The notes under the pieces are model-generated. The model saw only the letters and a program-made list of their open reading frames with translations. It was not told the origin of the DNA and did no database searches. Positions 36,936 to 46,414 of a stretch of DNA of 53,820 bases are shown here, piece after piece (position 1 is the stretch's first letter; each line of letters opens with the position of its first letter). Both the position numbers and the translations under genes were made by a program. The stretch is from an uncultured Muribaculaceae bacterium (GTDB taxonomy: Bacteria; Cyanobacteriota; Vampirovibrionia; Gastranaerophilales; Gastranaerophilaceae), in NCBI GenBank assembly GCA_964470005.1, contig CAYYAG010000001.1, positions 9,832 to 63,651 on the forward strand, read 5' to 3'.

Positions 36936-37808
36936 CTATTCTCCTAAATTAATCTGTGAGAATTGAACAATTTTGTTTTTACCGCGCTTTTTAGCATTAT
37001 ATAATGCATGTTCAGCGTAACGTATAATGGTATTTGCATCTTCTTCTGATGCTTCAATACAAGGATAAGTAGAAATTCCTCCGGAAATTGTTATAGGATG
37101 CCGTTCTTCTTCTCCTGCCGGAATGAATTCCATTCTTTCAATTTCACGTCTGAATCTTTCCGCAAATAAAAATGCATTGTCCTCTGAGGTATTTGGCAAA
37201 ATCAAAAGAAATTCTTCATCACCATACCTTGTCAATATGTCTTCTTTTCGTATTAATTGTTTCAATTTGTCTGCAATTGAACGGAGAAGCACATCTCCCC
37301 ATTCATAACCGTAAATATCATTTACTACTTTGAAAAAGTCTAAATCAAACAAAAGACATGAAAGACTTGTCCCGTAACGTCTCGCACGAGAAATTTCCTG
37401 TTCAAGTCGTTCGTTAAGGTATTTTCTGTTATAAAGCCCCGTAAGCTCATCCGTTGTAGACACAACTTTTAATTTTTCGCGTAAATCTCTAATTTTCAAA
37501 AGACAGTTCGCACGAATTAAAAGTTCATCACTATCAACCGGTCCTTTAATAAAATCAAACGCAATCGAACGCACTGTTGTTCCTTTGAAAACCTCTCCGA
37601 TAAATAGTACCGGTACTTTGAATTTGGTTGTCATTAGAACATCTTTAATATCCGGAACACTTTCAATAACAAGCATCGCAGGATTTAACGTTTCATATTC
37701 CCTTAATTTTTCAGCACTTTCAATTCTTACATTTGTTTCGTCAATTTTTGCCAGAACATCCGCAAGAAACGAAGAATTTTTGTCTGTATATACAACAATA
37801 TTTCTCAT
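36936..37808 (-). CDS. pseudo-receiver + GGDEF-domain protein (A-site GDEEF, I-site RKED)
   Basis: GGDEF domain (DELTGLYNRKY, RYGDEEFLLIL) behind a REC-like fold with Glu at the phospho-acceptor position (AMLVIES). AAAGGA RBS before ATG 37808. Confidence 0.85.
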   Translation of the reverse strand: MRNIVVYTDKNSSFLADVLAKIDETNVRIESAEKLREYETLNPAMLVIESVPDIKDVLMTTKFKVPVLFIGEVFKGTTVRSIAFDFIKGPVDSDELLIRANCLLKIRDLREKLKVVSTTDELTGLYNRKYLNERLEQEISRARRYGTSLSCLLFDLDFFKVVNDIYGYEWGDVLLRSIADKLKQLIRKEDILTRYGDEEFLLILPNTSEDNAFLFAERFRREIERMEFIPAGEEERHPITISGGISTYPCIEASEEDANTIIRYAEHALYNAKKRGKNKIVQFSQINLGE

Positions 37809-37911
37809 TAATATTCCTTTAATATTACCCTTTAAAAAAAGTTTATCATAGCGATAATAGCAAATCAAAATTGTAACATTTGTTTAACAAATTTCATGCT
37901 AAAATCAGTTT

Positions 37912-38421
37912 ATGGAAATAGAAATTCAGCGTATGCAAAAGTCCGATGTGGATAATGTCATAAAAATTGAAGAGAGTGCTTACGGAGAGCATCACTGGTC
38001 AAAAGAATCTTTTCTGAATGAGATTTCCAACGACCTTGCTCGTTATTATTCCGCATTTGACAAAAATGGGGATCTCGTGGGTTACGCAGGATGCTGGCAA
38101 ATTCTTGAAGAGGTTCACATAACAAATATAGCTGTTTCTCCGGAATGCAGACGTCAAAAAATAGGTGAAAAGCTCCTGAGAAAAATTATTGATGATTGTT
38201 ACTTAAATAAGGCAAAATATATTACGTTAGAAGTACGTGTCTCTAACAATGCAGCAATAAATCTGTATACAAAATACGGATTCAAATCATTAGGTATCCG
38301 CAAGGGTTACTATCAAAATAATAATGAAGATGCCTTAATAATGTGGACAGAAAACATATTTTACGATAAATTTAAATTAAATTACGAAAAAATATTATCC
38401 GGAGAACATAATGTCAGATGA
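37912..38421 (+). CDS. rimI: ribosomal-protein-alanine N-acetyltransferase (GNAT)
   Basis: The GNAT acetyl-CoA motif RRQKIGEKLL and overall RimI-like length and pattern. Confidence 0.8.
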   Translation: MEIEIQRMQKSDVDNVIKIEESAYGEHHWSKESFLNEISNDLARYYSAFDKNGDLVGYAGCWQILEEVHITNIAVSPECRRQKIGEKLLRKIIDDCYLNKAKYITLEVRVSNNAAINLYTKYGFKSLGIRKGYYQNNNEDALIMWTENIFYDKFKLNYEKILSGEHNVR

Positions 38422-39079
38422 TGAGGCTATGGTTCCTCGTATTAAGAGGAAAAGCAAAGAAAAAAAGAAGCTACAAATTCCAGTGCTGAACATAATTCTG
38501 GTACTTTTTTGTTCTTTTTTGTTAATGGTATCCACATTTGTTCAATTTAATATTACACATTTTATAATTCCTCTTGACATATTTTCAAACCAAACTTTGA
38601 CAAAAGCAAACTTTTTCTATACTTATTCAATAATACCGCAAATTCCGGCTGTAATGTTTGTAGTAGGACTTTTAGGGAGACGGCTTAGCATTACAAGCAT
38701 CATAATATATATTTTAACAGGATTATTTCTACTGCCTGTTTTTGCACTTGGCGGAGGAACAAAATATATTTTAGAACCCGGTTTTGGCTATATTATGGCA
38801 TATATCCCTGCAGTGTTTTTTGTCGGAAATATCCTGGAATGCGGATTCTCTATTAAAAACATCTTAAAAGCCGCTTTGATAGGTGTAATAACCATTCACT
38901 TTATAGGAATAATCTATATGCTTTTCATTGCCGCATTAAAACACGAAGGCTGGGAGTTTATAAAAGGCTGGGTGCTTTCACAAAGCCTGCTGAAATTGGC
39001 ATATGATTATGCGTTAAGTTTAATTGCTCTATTTGCAGCTAAATACATTAATAAATATATTAATTATTTGATAAACTAA
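38411..39079 (+). CDS. bioY: BioY-family biotin transporter S component
   Basis: LLGRRLS....LLPVFALGGG..YILEPGFGYIMAYIPAVFFVG matches the BioY core pattern. Multi-TM. Confidence 0.7.
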   Translation: MSDDEAMVPRIKRKSKEKKKLQIPVLNIILVLFCSFLLMVSTFVQFNITHFIIPLDIFSNQTLTKANFFYTYSIIPQIPAVMFVVGLLGRRLSITSIIIYILTGLFLLPVFALGGGTKYILEPGFGYIMAYIPAVFFVGNILECGFSIKNILKAALIGVITIHFIGIIYMLFIAALKHEGWEFIKGWVLSQSLLKLAYDYALSLIALFAAKYINKYINYLIN

Positions 39080-40391
39080 GACGGTTAAGATAACTGATAA
39101 GCCTTTTTAAATCTTTATTCCAAAGCCCGTTCCAGTTTCTGAGAATAATATCCGCAGGACATAAACCATTCAGGGTAAGCTCCTTGATAGGTTCAAGATA
39201 TCTTTCCTCCATTGTATCAAGCTCAATCAAAGACTTTTCTGCAATATATAAAATCTCTTTTGCAATATCTGATACAGTAAAATTTTTTATGCTGCACTGC
39301 AATGCATTTTTGGGAACATTGTACCGCAGCTCAGCAATGTCACTATGAGAAAAAGGTTTTAAAAGATCTTCAATATCGCTCATTGCAGAATTATTATACA
39401 GAATACCTTTATAGATAGCTAAAACTGAATACGGCATGCATGTACAATCATGATTTCTTATTTCAATAAAATTACGAAGTCTTACTTCCGGAAAATAAAG
39501 ATTTGAATGAAGTTTATAATCCTCCAGCGTAGGCATAAAGCCTTCAAATCCTTTTTCCAAATATTCTTCAAAGTTTATTCTGCCGTTTATTTCCAGAGGA
39601 TTACGTCCCCTATTCAAAAATATTACAGGTGAATTCATTACCCTATCAATATATTCTTCAAATGAGAACTCATCATCAAGATTACACGCAAATCCGCAGC
39701 GGTCATTATCTGTGTTGAGCCAGCTCAGACTTCTGAAACTCTTATAACCCGTTTCAACACCGCCCCTTATAGGAGAATTAGCAAACATAGCCGTTATAAA
39801 AGGTGTTAATTTGTTTGCAATTTTAAATTTTCTTATGGCATCCTGTTCATCGGAAAAATCAAAACATCCTTGAACACCTGCAGTTTCTCTCATCATCACA
39901 TCAGATAAAATTCCCCATAAATATCTCGCCATAATTTTATAACGTTTTTTAGGAATAAGATTTATATTCTTATGTGTTGTTAAAGGTGACACACCGTATT
40001 CTAAAAGCGTTATATTTAATTTATCCAAAATAGGTTTTATCTTTTTATTTAATAATTTTACTTTCTTTTCAATCTCAAAGATTGTCTTTTCAGGTTTTAT
40101 ACTTAATTCAATCTGACATCCGGGCTCAAGTGTAATAGTATCATGATTTTGTTTTAAACCTATTATATGAAAATCATCCGTAATATAATCCCAATTTTCT
40201 TCTTTTGCAAACTGTCTTAAAAAATTACATATTCCGTCTTCATAGCCCACAGTTTCATAAGTTACGGGAGAAACGGGCAAACGTTCATACTCCACTCCAA
40301 CTGTAAAGTCTTCGCTTTTTTTAAAACCTTGTTTATACAACCTTAAAATGTCTTCTTTTTCTAACTTTTCTTTGACTTTTGTGTTTAACAT
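39060..40391 (-). CDS. gshA: glutamate--cysteine ligase, GCS2 (plant/cyanobacterial type)
   Basis: TLEPGCQIELS, IPKKRYKIM, FDFSDEQDAIRKF, MFANSPI and WLNTDNDRCGF align with the plant-type GCL signature. Confidence 0.75.
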   Translation of the reverse strand: MLNTKVKEKLEKEDILRLYKQGFKKSEDFTVGVEYERLPVSPVTYETVGYEDGICNFLRQFAKEENWDYITDDFHIIGLKQNHDTITLEPGCQIELSIKPEKTIFEIEKKVKLLNKKIKPILDKLNITLLEYGVSPLTTHKNINLIPKKRYKIMARYLWGILSDVMMRETAGVQGCFDFSDEQDAIRKFKIANKLTPFITAMFANSPIRGGVETGYKSFRSLSWLNTDNDRCGFACNLDDEFSFEEYIDRVMNSPVIFLNRGRNPLEINGRINFEEYLEKGFEGFMPTLEDYKLHSNLYFPEVRLRNFIEIRNHDCTCMPYSVLAIYKGILYNNSAMSDIEDLLKPFSHSDIAELRYNVPKNALQCSIKNFTVSDIAKEILYIAEKSLIELDTMEERYLEPIKELTLNGLCPADIILRNWNGLWNKDLKRLISYLNRLSLSNN

Positions 40392-40483
40392 ATACCCTCT
40401 TTAAATTAATTATAACACTATCAAAACTATCAGAGAAATTTTTGTAAAACATTTACCTGTGTGTGGTATTATTGTTTAGTAAT

Positions 40484-41323
40484 ATGAACTACTTCGAAAG
40501 AGCAAAATTTTTCAGAACAAAAAAACGACTCGGACAGAATTTTTTAATTAATGGTGAAATAATTCGAGAAATCATTGATAATGCAGATATTTCACCTGAG
40601 GATACAATTATAGAAATCGGGCCGGGTGTTGGCTTTGTAACCGAACAACTTGTAAAATACGCAAAACAGGTTATTGCAATTGAACTTGATGAAGAAGCAA
40701 TAAAAGAACTTGAAAAACTGAAAGCACCAAACCTTAAAATCATCCATGCTGACATTTTAAAAACTGATTTATCAAATTTGTGTGAAGACAAGATCAAAGT
40801 AGTTGCAAATATTCCATATTACATAACAAGTCCGATAATTGCGCATTTACTCGGTGAAGTTGACGATTTAGACAACAAAAACCGTAACAAAATTACCGAA
40901 ATAATATTAATGGTTCAGGAAGAAGTCGCCCGAAGAATGACCGCGAATGAAAATTCACCCTCAAAACAATACGGGCTTTTAACTATTCTGTCACAATTCT
41001 GGTCAGATGTAGAAATATTTAAATTTGTCGGAAGAAAATCATTTTATCCTGCACCCAAGGTGAATTCAGCACTTGTAAAACTTATTGTCAGGAATAAACC
41101 CAAATTAGACTTGTCAGATTACAAACATTTTAGAAAAACCGTCAAAGCAGCATTTTCTCAACGAAGGAAAAACATTAAAAACTGTTTATTAAATGGGGGA
41201 TTTACACGTGACAAAATAACCTATGCGCTTTCAAAACTTAAAATTGATGAAAACACACGCGGAGAAAAATTATCAATCGAAATGCTCGGCAAACTATCGG
41301 AGGCACTCCTTGAAACAAATTAA
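40484..41323 (+). CDS. rsmA: 16S rRNA (adenine1518/1519-N6)-dimethyltransferase
   Basis: LGQNFL, EIGPGVG SAM motif, and ANIPYYITSPI. Confidence 0.95.
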   Translation: MNYFERAKFFRTKKRLGQNFLINGEIIREIIDNADISPEDTIIEIGPGVGFVTEQLVKYAKQVIAIELDEEAIKELEKLKAPNLKIIHADILKTDLSNLCEDKIKVVANIPYYITSPIIAHLLGEVDDLDNKNRNKITEIILMVQEEVARRMTANENSPSKQYGLLTILSQFWSDVEIFKFVGRKSFYPAPKVNSALVKLIVRNKPKLDLSDYKHFRKTVKAAFSQRRKNIKNCLLNGGFTRDKITYALSKLKIDENTRGEKLSIEMLGKLSEALLETN

Positions 41324-42101
41324 AATTCAATGTCCCGCGAAAATAAATTTAACCTTAAAGGTAACCGGAAAACGTGACGACGGTTTTCATAATATTGACA
41401 GCATTATGCAGACAATTAACCTTTTTGATTATCTTTCAATCTCGGTTGAAAAAAGTGATAAAACCGAAATTTTTTTAAGCGGCACAAGCAATGAAATTCC
41501 GTATAATGAAAAAAACCTTGTCAGCAAAGCCTGCAGGCTTTTCATAGAAAAAACACAAATTCCCCCTCATAAAATCACTGTTTTTATAGAAAAAAATATT
41601 CCTGTTGCAGCGGGATTGGCGGGAGGGAGTACCGATGCTGCGGGAATGTTATACGGATTAAACAAATTATTTGACGAACCTTTAAACCGCAAAGAATTGC
41701 ACACTCTTTGCGCAAAACTCGGATCAGATTTGAACTTATGCCTTGAAGGCGGCAGACAAAAAACATCCGGCAGGGGTGAAATTCTGGAACCATTACCGTT
41801 TGAAGAACTTGATATTTCTTTAATAAAACCCAATAATCTAGGTATAAGTGCAAAAGAAGCTTATACAAAATTTTCAGCCAAAACAAAAGATAAATTGCGT
41901 AATTTATTTGTAAATGATCTTGAATGGGCGGTCATTGATGATTATAAAGAATTAAAACAAATAAAAAAACTTTATCCGAAATCCGTAATGTCCGGCTCAG
42001 GTTCTGCATATTTCGGGATAAATATGGTCTTTGCGGAACAAGATGATTTTTGGATAAAAAACGGGTTAAAAGCAATACCTTATGGAGTAAAAGAAGTATA
42101 A
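41310..42101 (+). CDS. ispE: 4-diphosphocytidyl-2-C-methyl-D-erythritol kinase
   Basis: PAKINLTLKV and the GHMP motif PVAAGLAGGSTDAA. TTG start at 41310 overlaps the rsmA end. The longer track ORF start lies inside rsmA. Confidence 0.9.
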   Translation: MKQIKIQCPAKINLTLKVTGKRDDGFHNIDSIMQTINLFDYLSISVEKSDKTEIFLSGTSNEIPYNEKNLVSKACRLFIEKTQIPPHKITVFIEKNIPVAAGLAGGSTDAAGMLYGLNKLFDEPLNRKELHTLCAKLGSDLNLCLEGGRQKTSGRGEILEPLPFEELDISLIKPNNLGISAKEAYTKFSAKTKDKLRNLFVNDLEWAVIDDYKELKQIKKLYPKSVMSGSGSAYFGINMVFAEQDDFWIKNGLKAIPYGVKEV

Positions 42102-42130
42102 AAAAAGCCTCCCCGAAGGGAGGACTTTTC
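42100..42130. terminator. bidirectional terminator between ispE and the 673-aa gene
   Basis: CCTCCC-CGAA-GGGAGG hairpin (42108-42123), flanked by an A-run and a T-run. Confidence 0.8.
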
Positions 42131-44152
42131 TTATTCAGCATCTTCATCTTGCTGCTTAAGCTCTTCGATTTTTTCTCTAGCTGCACTGTCTGCGCTTTCA
42201 TAGTCATTATAGAAGTTTTCACTTCGATCAACAACTTCAAAATCCTCTGCATCCGGATTTTTTCGAGAAATCTCATAAGTGTAACCATTTTCCGTACGTT
42301 TTACTGTTTTTGTTACAACCTGCTCCTCGTCGTTATTGCGCAGACCTATATCGCTTGCGGCAGATAATTCCGGAGAAATGTTTAATAATTCCTCCGCCGG
42401 TCTTAATTTGACTTTCGTACCGTCTTTTAATGTTATTTCAGTTTGCAGCATCCATTTTGAAGGAACTTGTTTAAGTTCATTTACTCTGTTACGTTTTTGG
42501 ATTATGTCACGGATTTCTTTAATATGAGCTTCATTAGTTATTGGTGTTCCGTCTTCCAAAACATAACCCTTACGTACAATGGTATCTGCATATAATCCTG
42601 ATACATGTTTTAATCCGTATTCTGCAGCAACTTCCTCTGTTTTATCTTTGGTTGCACCCACAACTTCATGTGTATATTCAGGTTTTACAGGTTCTTCTGG
42701 CACAATTTCGTCTTCCACTTCAACAACTTCTTCAACAACCTCTTCAGTATGTACGAACTCATACGCCTTTACATAAGCAATTGTAAGTTCCTTTTTACTT
42801 AAGATTTGTTGACCGTTTTCACCTGCAGCTTCAATTAAAAACTGGGTTTTCTGCTCATCAGTCAAGTCCAGCTCATCAATTGCACGCAGTATAATTTTTA
42901 CTCTTAATGTATCATCTTTAGAGCCAAAATTAACATTTTCATATGCTCTTTCACCATTTGATCCATCCACAAATATTTTTTCTATATTAATACCGTTAAG
43001 GACATCTTCATCCTGAGTGCCGCCAAACATTGCTGCTGCTAATGCAGTACCAACGGCTGCACCGATACCCGCACCCTTCCAGTTAACGTATTTAGCACTT
43101 GCAGAATCACTGTCATATGCTAAAACATCGCCGGTTACTGAATTGCGTACCATAGCTTCCGCAAATGCTTCAATTGTTGCAGGTAATGCAGCAGTTCCAA
43201 CCTGTGACAGAACACCCACAGCAACAGCTTTACCGAGATTTTCCAAGGTATCATCTTTAACATCATAACCTAATCTTTTAAGTTCTCTTTGGGTTGCATT
43301 GTAATGAGATTCAACATTAGATGACATTGCATCATAAGTTCTTACTTCATTGGGCTCAAATGTTCTGTCTCCGCTAATACCTTTTGCCATATTATAGGCT
43401 GCTTCGTGAGAAGACACACCGTCATTTTCCATAGCATGATGAAGATTTACGTTTTCTTCACTTAATGTCTTATTAGTATGGACTTTAAATCTTAAGCCGT
43501 CTGCTTCATCACCAAGTGCCCTTTTAGCTGCACGCATTTCTTGCCTGGAATCAAAAACTCGTGTGTTCTCAACTCTGTCACCGATAACCATATCTTTAAC
43601 CCGGACTTTTGCACCGCGTTCAGCCAAGTTGTCATACAATTTGTCAATTGATTTCTTTTGTTTATCAGTTTCTGCATTCTCAATTGCATCATTATAACTC
43701 TGGCTTGCCCTAGAGGCTTCTTTAGTGGCGTTTTCAATATTTGTACGTAATTGTCTTTGTGCCTTACGGTTTTTGTAAAAAGGTTTGTCACCGTCTCCAA
43801 TAACTTCTGATATTTGCTCCCGTTCAAAATCTGTTAATTCCTGCGGCGCATAAAGTTTTTGAGCAGCTTCTTTTTGTCTGGCAATTTCAGCTTCCTCTGC
43901 TGCTTTTGCGGCAGCTCTTCTTTCTCTACGCGTTTGTTTTTCCTCTTGTGTAGTAACTTCTTCTTCAGATTTTTCTACAGCAGTACCTTTAACTTTGTCT
44001 CCTGACGGAGTTCCATTTGCCTGACGGAATTCAATAGTCATTTGTTTTCGTTCAGCTTTACTTGCCGAATTATATCTTGCCTGTTCCGCCTCGGTCAAGT
44101 TATTGAATTCGGCCATCGTCAAAAATTTGTTTTGCACATTGTCCACTGACAT
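42131..44152 (-). CDS. large orphan protein, 673 aa: charged coiled-coil-like N-terminal half, central Gly/Ala-rich hydrophobic hairpin, acidic C-terminal half
   Basis: Long intact ORF with an AAAGGA RBS. Hydrophobic segments at aa 306-333 and 358-378 (nt 43019-43237). No signal peptide and no family recognised. Confidence 0.7.
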   Translation of the reverse strand: MSVDNVQNKFLTMAEFNNLTEAEQARYNSASKAERKQMTIEFRQANGTPSGDKVKGTAVEKSEEEVTTQEEKQTRRERRAAAKAAEEAEIARQKEAAQKLYAPQELTDFEREQISEVIGDGDKPFYKNRKAQRQLRTNIENATKEASRASQSYNDAIENAETDKQKKSIDKLYDNLAERGAKVRVKDMVIGDRVENTRVFDSRQEMRAAKRALGDEADGLRFKVHTNKTLSEENVNLHHAMENDGVSSHEAAYNMAKGISGDRTFEPNEVRTYDAMSSNVESHYNATQRELKRLGYDVKDDTLENLGKAVAVGVLSQVGTAALPATIEAFAEAMVRNSVTGDVLAYDSDSASAKYVNWKGAGIGAAVGTALAAAMFGGTQDEDVLNGINIEKIFVDGSNGERAYENVNFGSKDDTLRVKIILRAIDELDLTDEQKTQFLIEAAGENGQQILSKKELTIAYVKAYEFVHTEEVVEEVVEVEDEIVPEEPVKPEYTHEVVGATKDKTEEVAAEYGLKHVSGLYADTIVRKGYVLEDGTPITNEAHIKEIRDIIQKRNRVNELKQVPSKWMLQTEITLKDGTKVKLRPAEELLNISPELSAASDIGLRNNDEEQVVTKTVKRTENGYTYEISRKNPDAEDFEVVDRSENFYNDYESADSAAREKIEELKQQDEDAE

Positions 44153-44292
44153 CGTTCACATCCTTTCAGCCTGTTAGGGCATGGTTATATAGTACTCTTT
44201 ATCACTCGATATAAAAATAAACGTATTTACGTTATGAAAATTGCATGTCTTCATGTTGCTTTTACCTTATATACATACCTTAAATTGTTTCT

Positions 44293-44361
44293 ATATCTGT
44301 ATTTTTGACACTTAATATATTAGTTTACAATACTTAATATATAAAATATATATACAGATAT
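44293..44361. repeat. nested repeat architecture: 10-bp inverted repeats flanking two 11-bp direct repeats
   Basis: ATATCTGTAT (44293-44302) is the inverted repeat of ATACAGATAT (44352-44361). ACTTAATATAT occurs at 44310-44320 and again at 44332-44342. Confidence 0.8.
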
Positions 44362-44484
44362 TCTTCTACACAAATTTATATACGACATAATTTAAACTAA
44401 TCTTTAACACATGTAACGAAATGTAAAGGCTCATTCCCTTATCACCCTATTCACTTATTCCCTGTTTAAATATATAATTAGCAT

Positions 44485-45438
44485 ATGCAAATATTAGAGG
44501 TAAAGAATTTAAACTTGGGTTTTCATTGCGAAAACGGTTTCCGACAAGCATTATATGATGTAAGTTTTTCACTGGAAAAAGGCAAAATGCATGCACTTGT
44601 CGGAGAATCCGGCTGCGGCAAAACAATAAGCGCAATGAGTATCTTGCAATTACTGCCCAAAACTGCAGCTATTACAAATGGTGAGATTATATATAACGGA
44701 GAAAATTTATTAAATTATTCGCGACATAAAATGCAAAAAATTCGAGGGGCAAAAATAGCTCTGATACCACAGGATCCTATGACGTCATTAAATCCACTAT
44801 ATACTGTAGGAGATCAACTGACGGAAGTTTTAAAAATCCACCAGAATCTTGAAGGTAAAAACGCCTTTAACAAAGCTGTCGAAGCCTTTGAAATGGTGCA
44901 AATCCCCTGTCCCGAATTAAGATTAAAATCGTATCCGCATGAATTTTCGGGCGGGATGAAGCAAAGGGCAATTATTGCAATGGCGCTTTGCTGCAATGCC
45001 GAAATCTTGATTGCGGATGAACCTACAACAGCACTTGATGTAACAATTCAGGCACAGATTATGAAACTCTTAAAAGACATTAAACAACAAACTCAAACAA
45101 CAATTCTTTTGATTACACATGATTTAGCACTTGTCGGGGAAAACGCCGATGAGGTTTCCGTAATGTATTCGGGCAGAATCGTAGAAAATGCTCCGGCTGA
45201 TGAATTCTTCCAGATGCCTAACCATCCTTATTCTATTGCGCTTTTAAATGCCGTTCCGTCCAATAAAGGTGAAAAACTTGAAACAATTCCAGGACAACCC
45301 CCGACAATTCAACAAACAATATATGGCTGCAAATTTAACCCGCGATGTAAATCCTGTATGGATATCTGCAAAAAAGAAGTTCCGCCTATGTTTAGCGTTG
45401 GACTAAAACATTATTCCGCTTGTTTTTTAAATAAATAA
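44485..45438 (+). CDS. ABC transporter ATP-binding protein, OppD/DppD type
   Basis: Walker A GESGCGKT, signature FSGGMKQR, Walker B ILIADEPT, and a C-terminal oligopeptide-type domain with a Cys cluster. Confidence 0.9.
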   Translation: MQILEVKNLNLGFHCENGFRQALYDVSFSLEKGKMHALVGESGCGKTISAMSILQLLPKTAAITNGEIIYNGENLLNYSRHKMQKIRGAKIALIPQDPMTSLNPLYTVGDQLTEVLKIHQNLEGKNAFNKAVEAFEMVQIPCPELRLKSYPHEFSGGMKQRAIIAMALCCNAEILIADEPTTALDVTIQAQIMKLLKDIKQQTQTTILLITHDLALVGENADEVSVMYSGRIVENAPADEFFQMPNHPYSIALLNAVPSNKGEKLETIPGQPPTIQQTIYGCKFNPRCKSCMDICKKEVPPMFSVGLKHYSACFLNK

Positions 45439-45457
45439 TTTATATTATAATATAGTT

Positions 45458-46414
45458 ATGGCAATATATTTCTTTTACGGCGATGAAGAGTTTAATATCG
45501 AACAGGAAACAAACAAGCTCAAAAATGGTCTTGATAAAAATTTTTTGGAAATGAGTCTAAAAACCTATGATAATCCTAAATTCTCGGATTTGATAGCAAT
45601 ATTAAAAGCTCAGCCAATGATGTTTGGAAAAATGCTAGTTATTATAAAATCAAACAATTATTTTAACAAAACTTTTGATGACAAAGAACTTAAACAAATC
45701 CAAGAGGCACTTGAAGATAATAATGAGAATACGGATATTGTTTTTGTTGCAGAATTACCCCGAAATGAAGGGAAAAAATTGGACAGCCGTAAAAAATTTT
45801 TTAAATTACTTTCCAAATATAACGCAAAAGAATTTACTTCAATTCCAACATATAAAACTGCTGAACTTGAAAACTGGATTAGAAACCAGGCGAAATCAAA
45901 AGACCTTGAAATTACATCCGATGCTTCGTCTGCTATGATAGCCCAAATAGGTAATAACCTTAGAGAACTTGACGGTGAATTGGAAAAACTTAAATTATTT
46001 GTTTACCCGACAAAAAAAATTACCCGGGAAATGGTAAAAGAGTTCTGCATCTCAAATGAAGATTTGTTTGCTTTTTCTGATTATCTTATGAAAGGCGAAA
46101 AGGACAAAGCTCTTTTGGAATACCGGAAACTCCTTGAAAAAAAATTCTGCCTTGAAATTGTTGCCGCACTTCAAACAATGCTTAGAAAATGGATTATTCT
46201 AAAAGCAAAATCATCCGAATGCAGTACGTTTGAACTTTCAAAACTGACAGGCCAGCATGAATATGTCGTTAAATTAAACCTGCAAAAACTCAAGAACACT
46301 ACCCTTAATGATTTGGTTAAATTAAAACAAAACTTGACAGACGCAGAGTTTAAAATAAAATCAGGTCAATCTCTGTCACCTGAAAAGGAGGTGGAAGATG
46401 TCTTGTTTAGATAA
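45458..46414 (+). CDS. holA: DNA polymerase III delta subunit
   Basis: Length, N-terminal YFFYGDEEF pattern and overall layout are typical of HolA. Overlaps the next clamp-loader gene. Confidence 0.7.
   Translation: MAIYFFYGDEEFNIEQETNKLKNGLDKNFLEMSLKTYDNPKFSDLIAILKAQPMMFGKMLVIIKSNNYFNKTFDDKELKQIQEALEDNNENTDIVFVAELPRNEGKKLDSRKKFFKLLSKYNAKEFTSIPTYKTAELENWIRNQAKSKDLEITSDASSAMIAQIGNNLRELDGELEKLKLFVYPTKKITREMVKEFCISNEDLFAFSDYLMKGEKDKALLEYRKLLEKKFCLEIVAALQTMLRKWIILKAKSSECSTFELSKLTGQHEYVVKLNLQKLKNTTLNDLVKLKQNLTDAEFKIKSGQSLSPEKEVEDVLFR

Noticed and set aside
41223-41309. Long 5' extension of ispE suggested by the ORF track (292 aa)
   Set aside because: The extension lies wholly inside the rsmA coding region in another frame and has no IspE similarity. 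The conserved IspE N-terminus (KIQCPAKINL) begins right after an in-frame TTG at 41310.
42336-43268. Several plus-strand ORFs (63-83 aa) inside the 673-aa gene
   Set aside because: They are antisense shadow ORFs. Their products are Pro/Ala/Ser/Leu-rich, mirroring the E/A/K-rich sense frame, and they have no RBSs.
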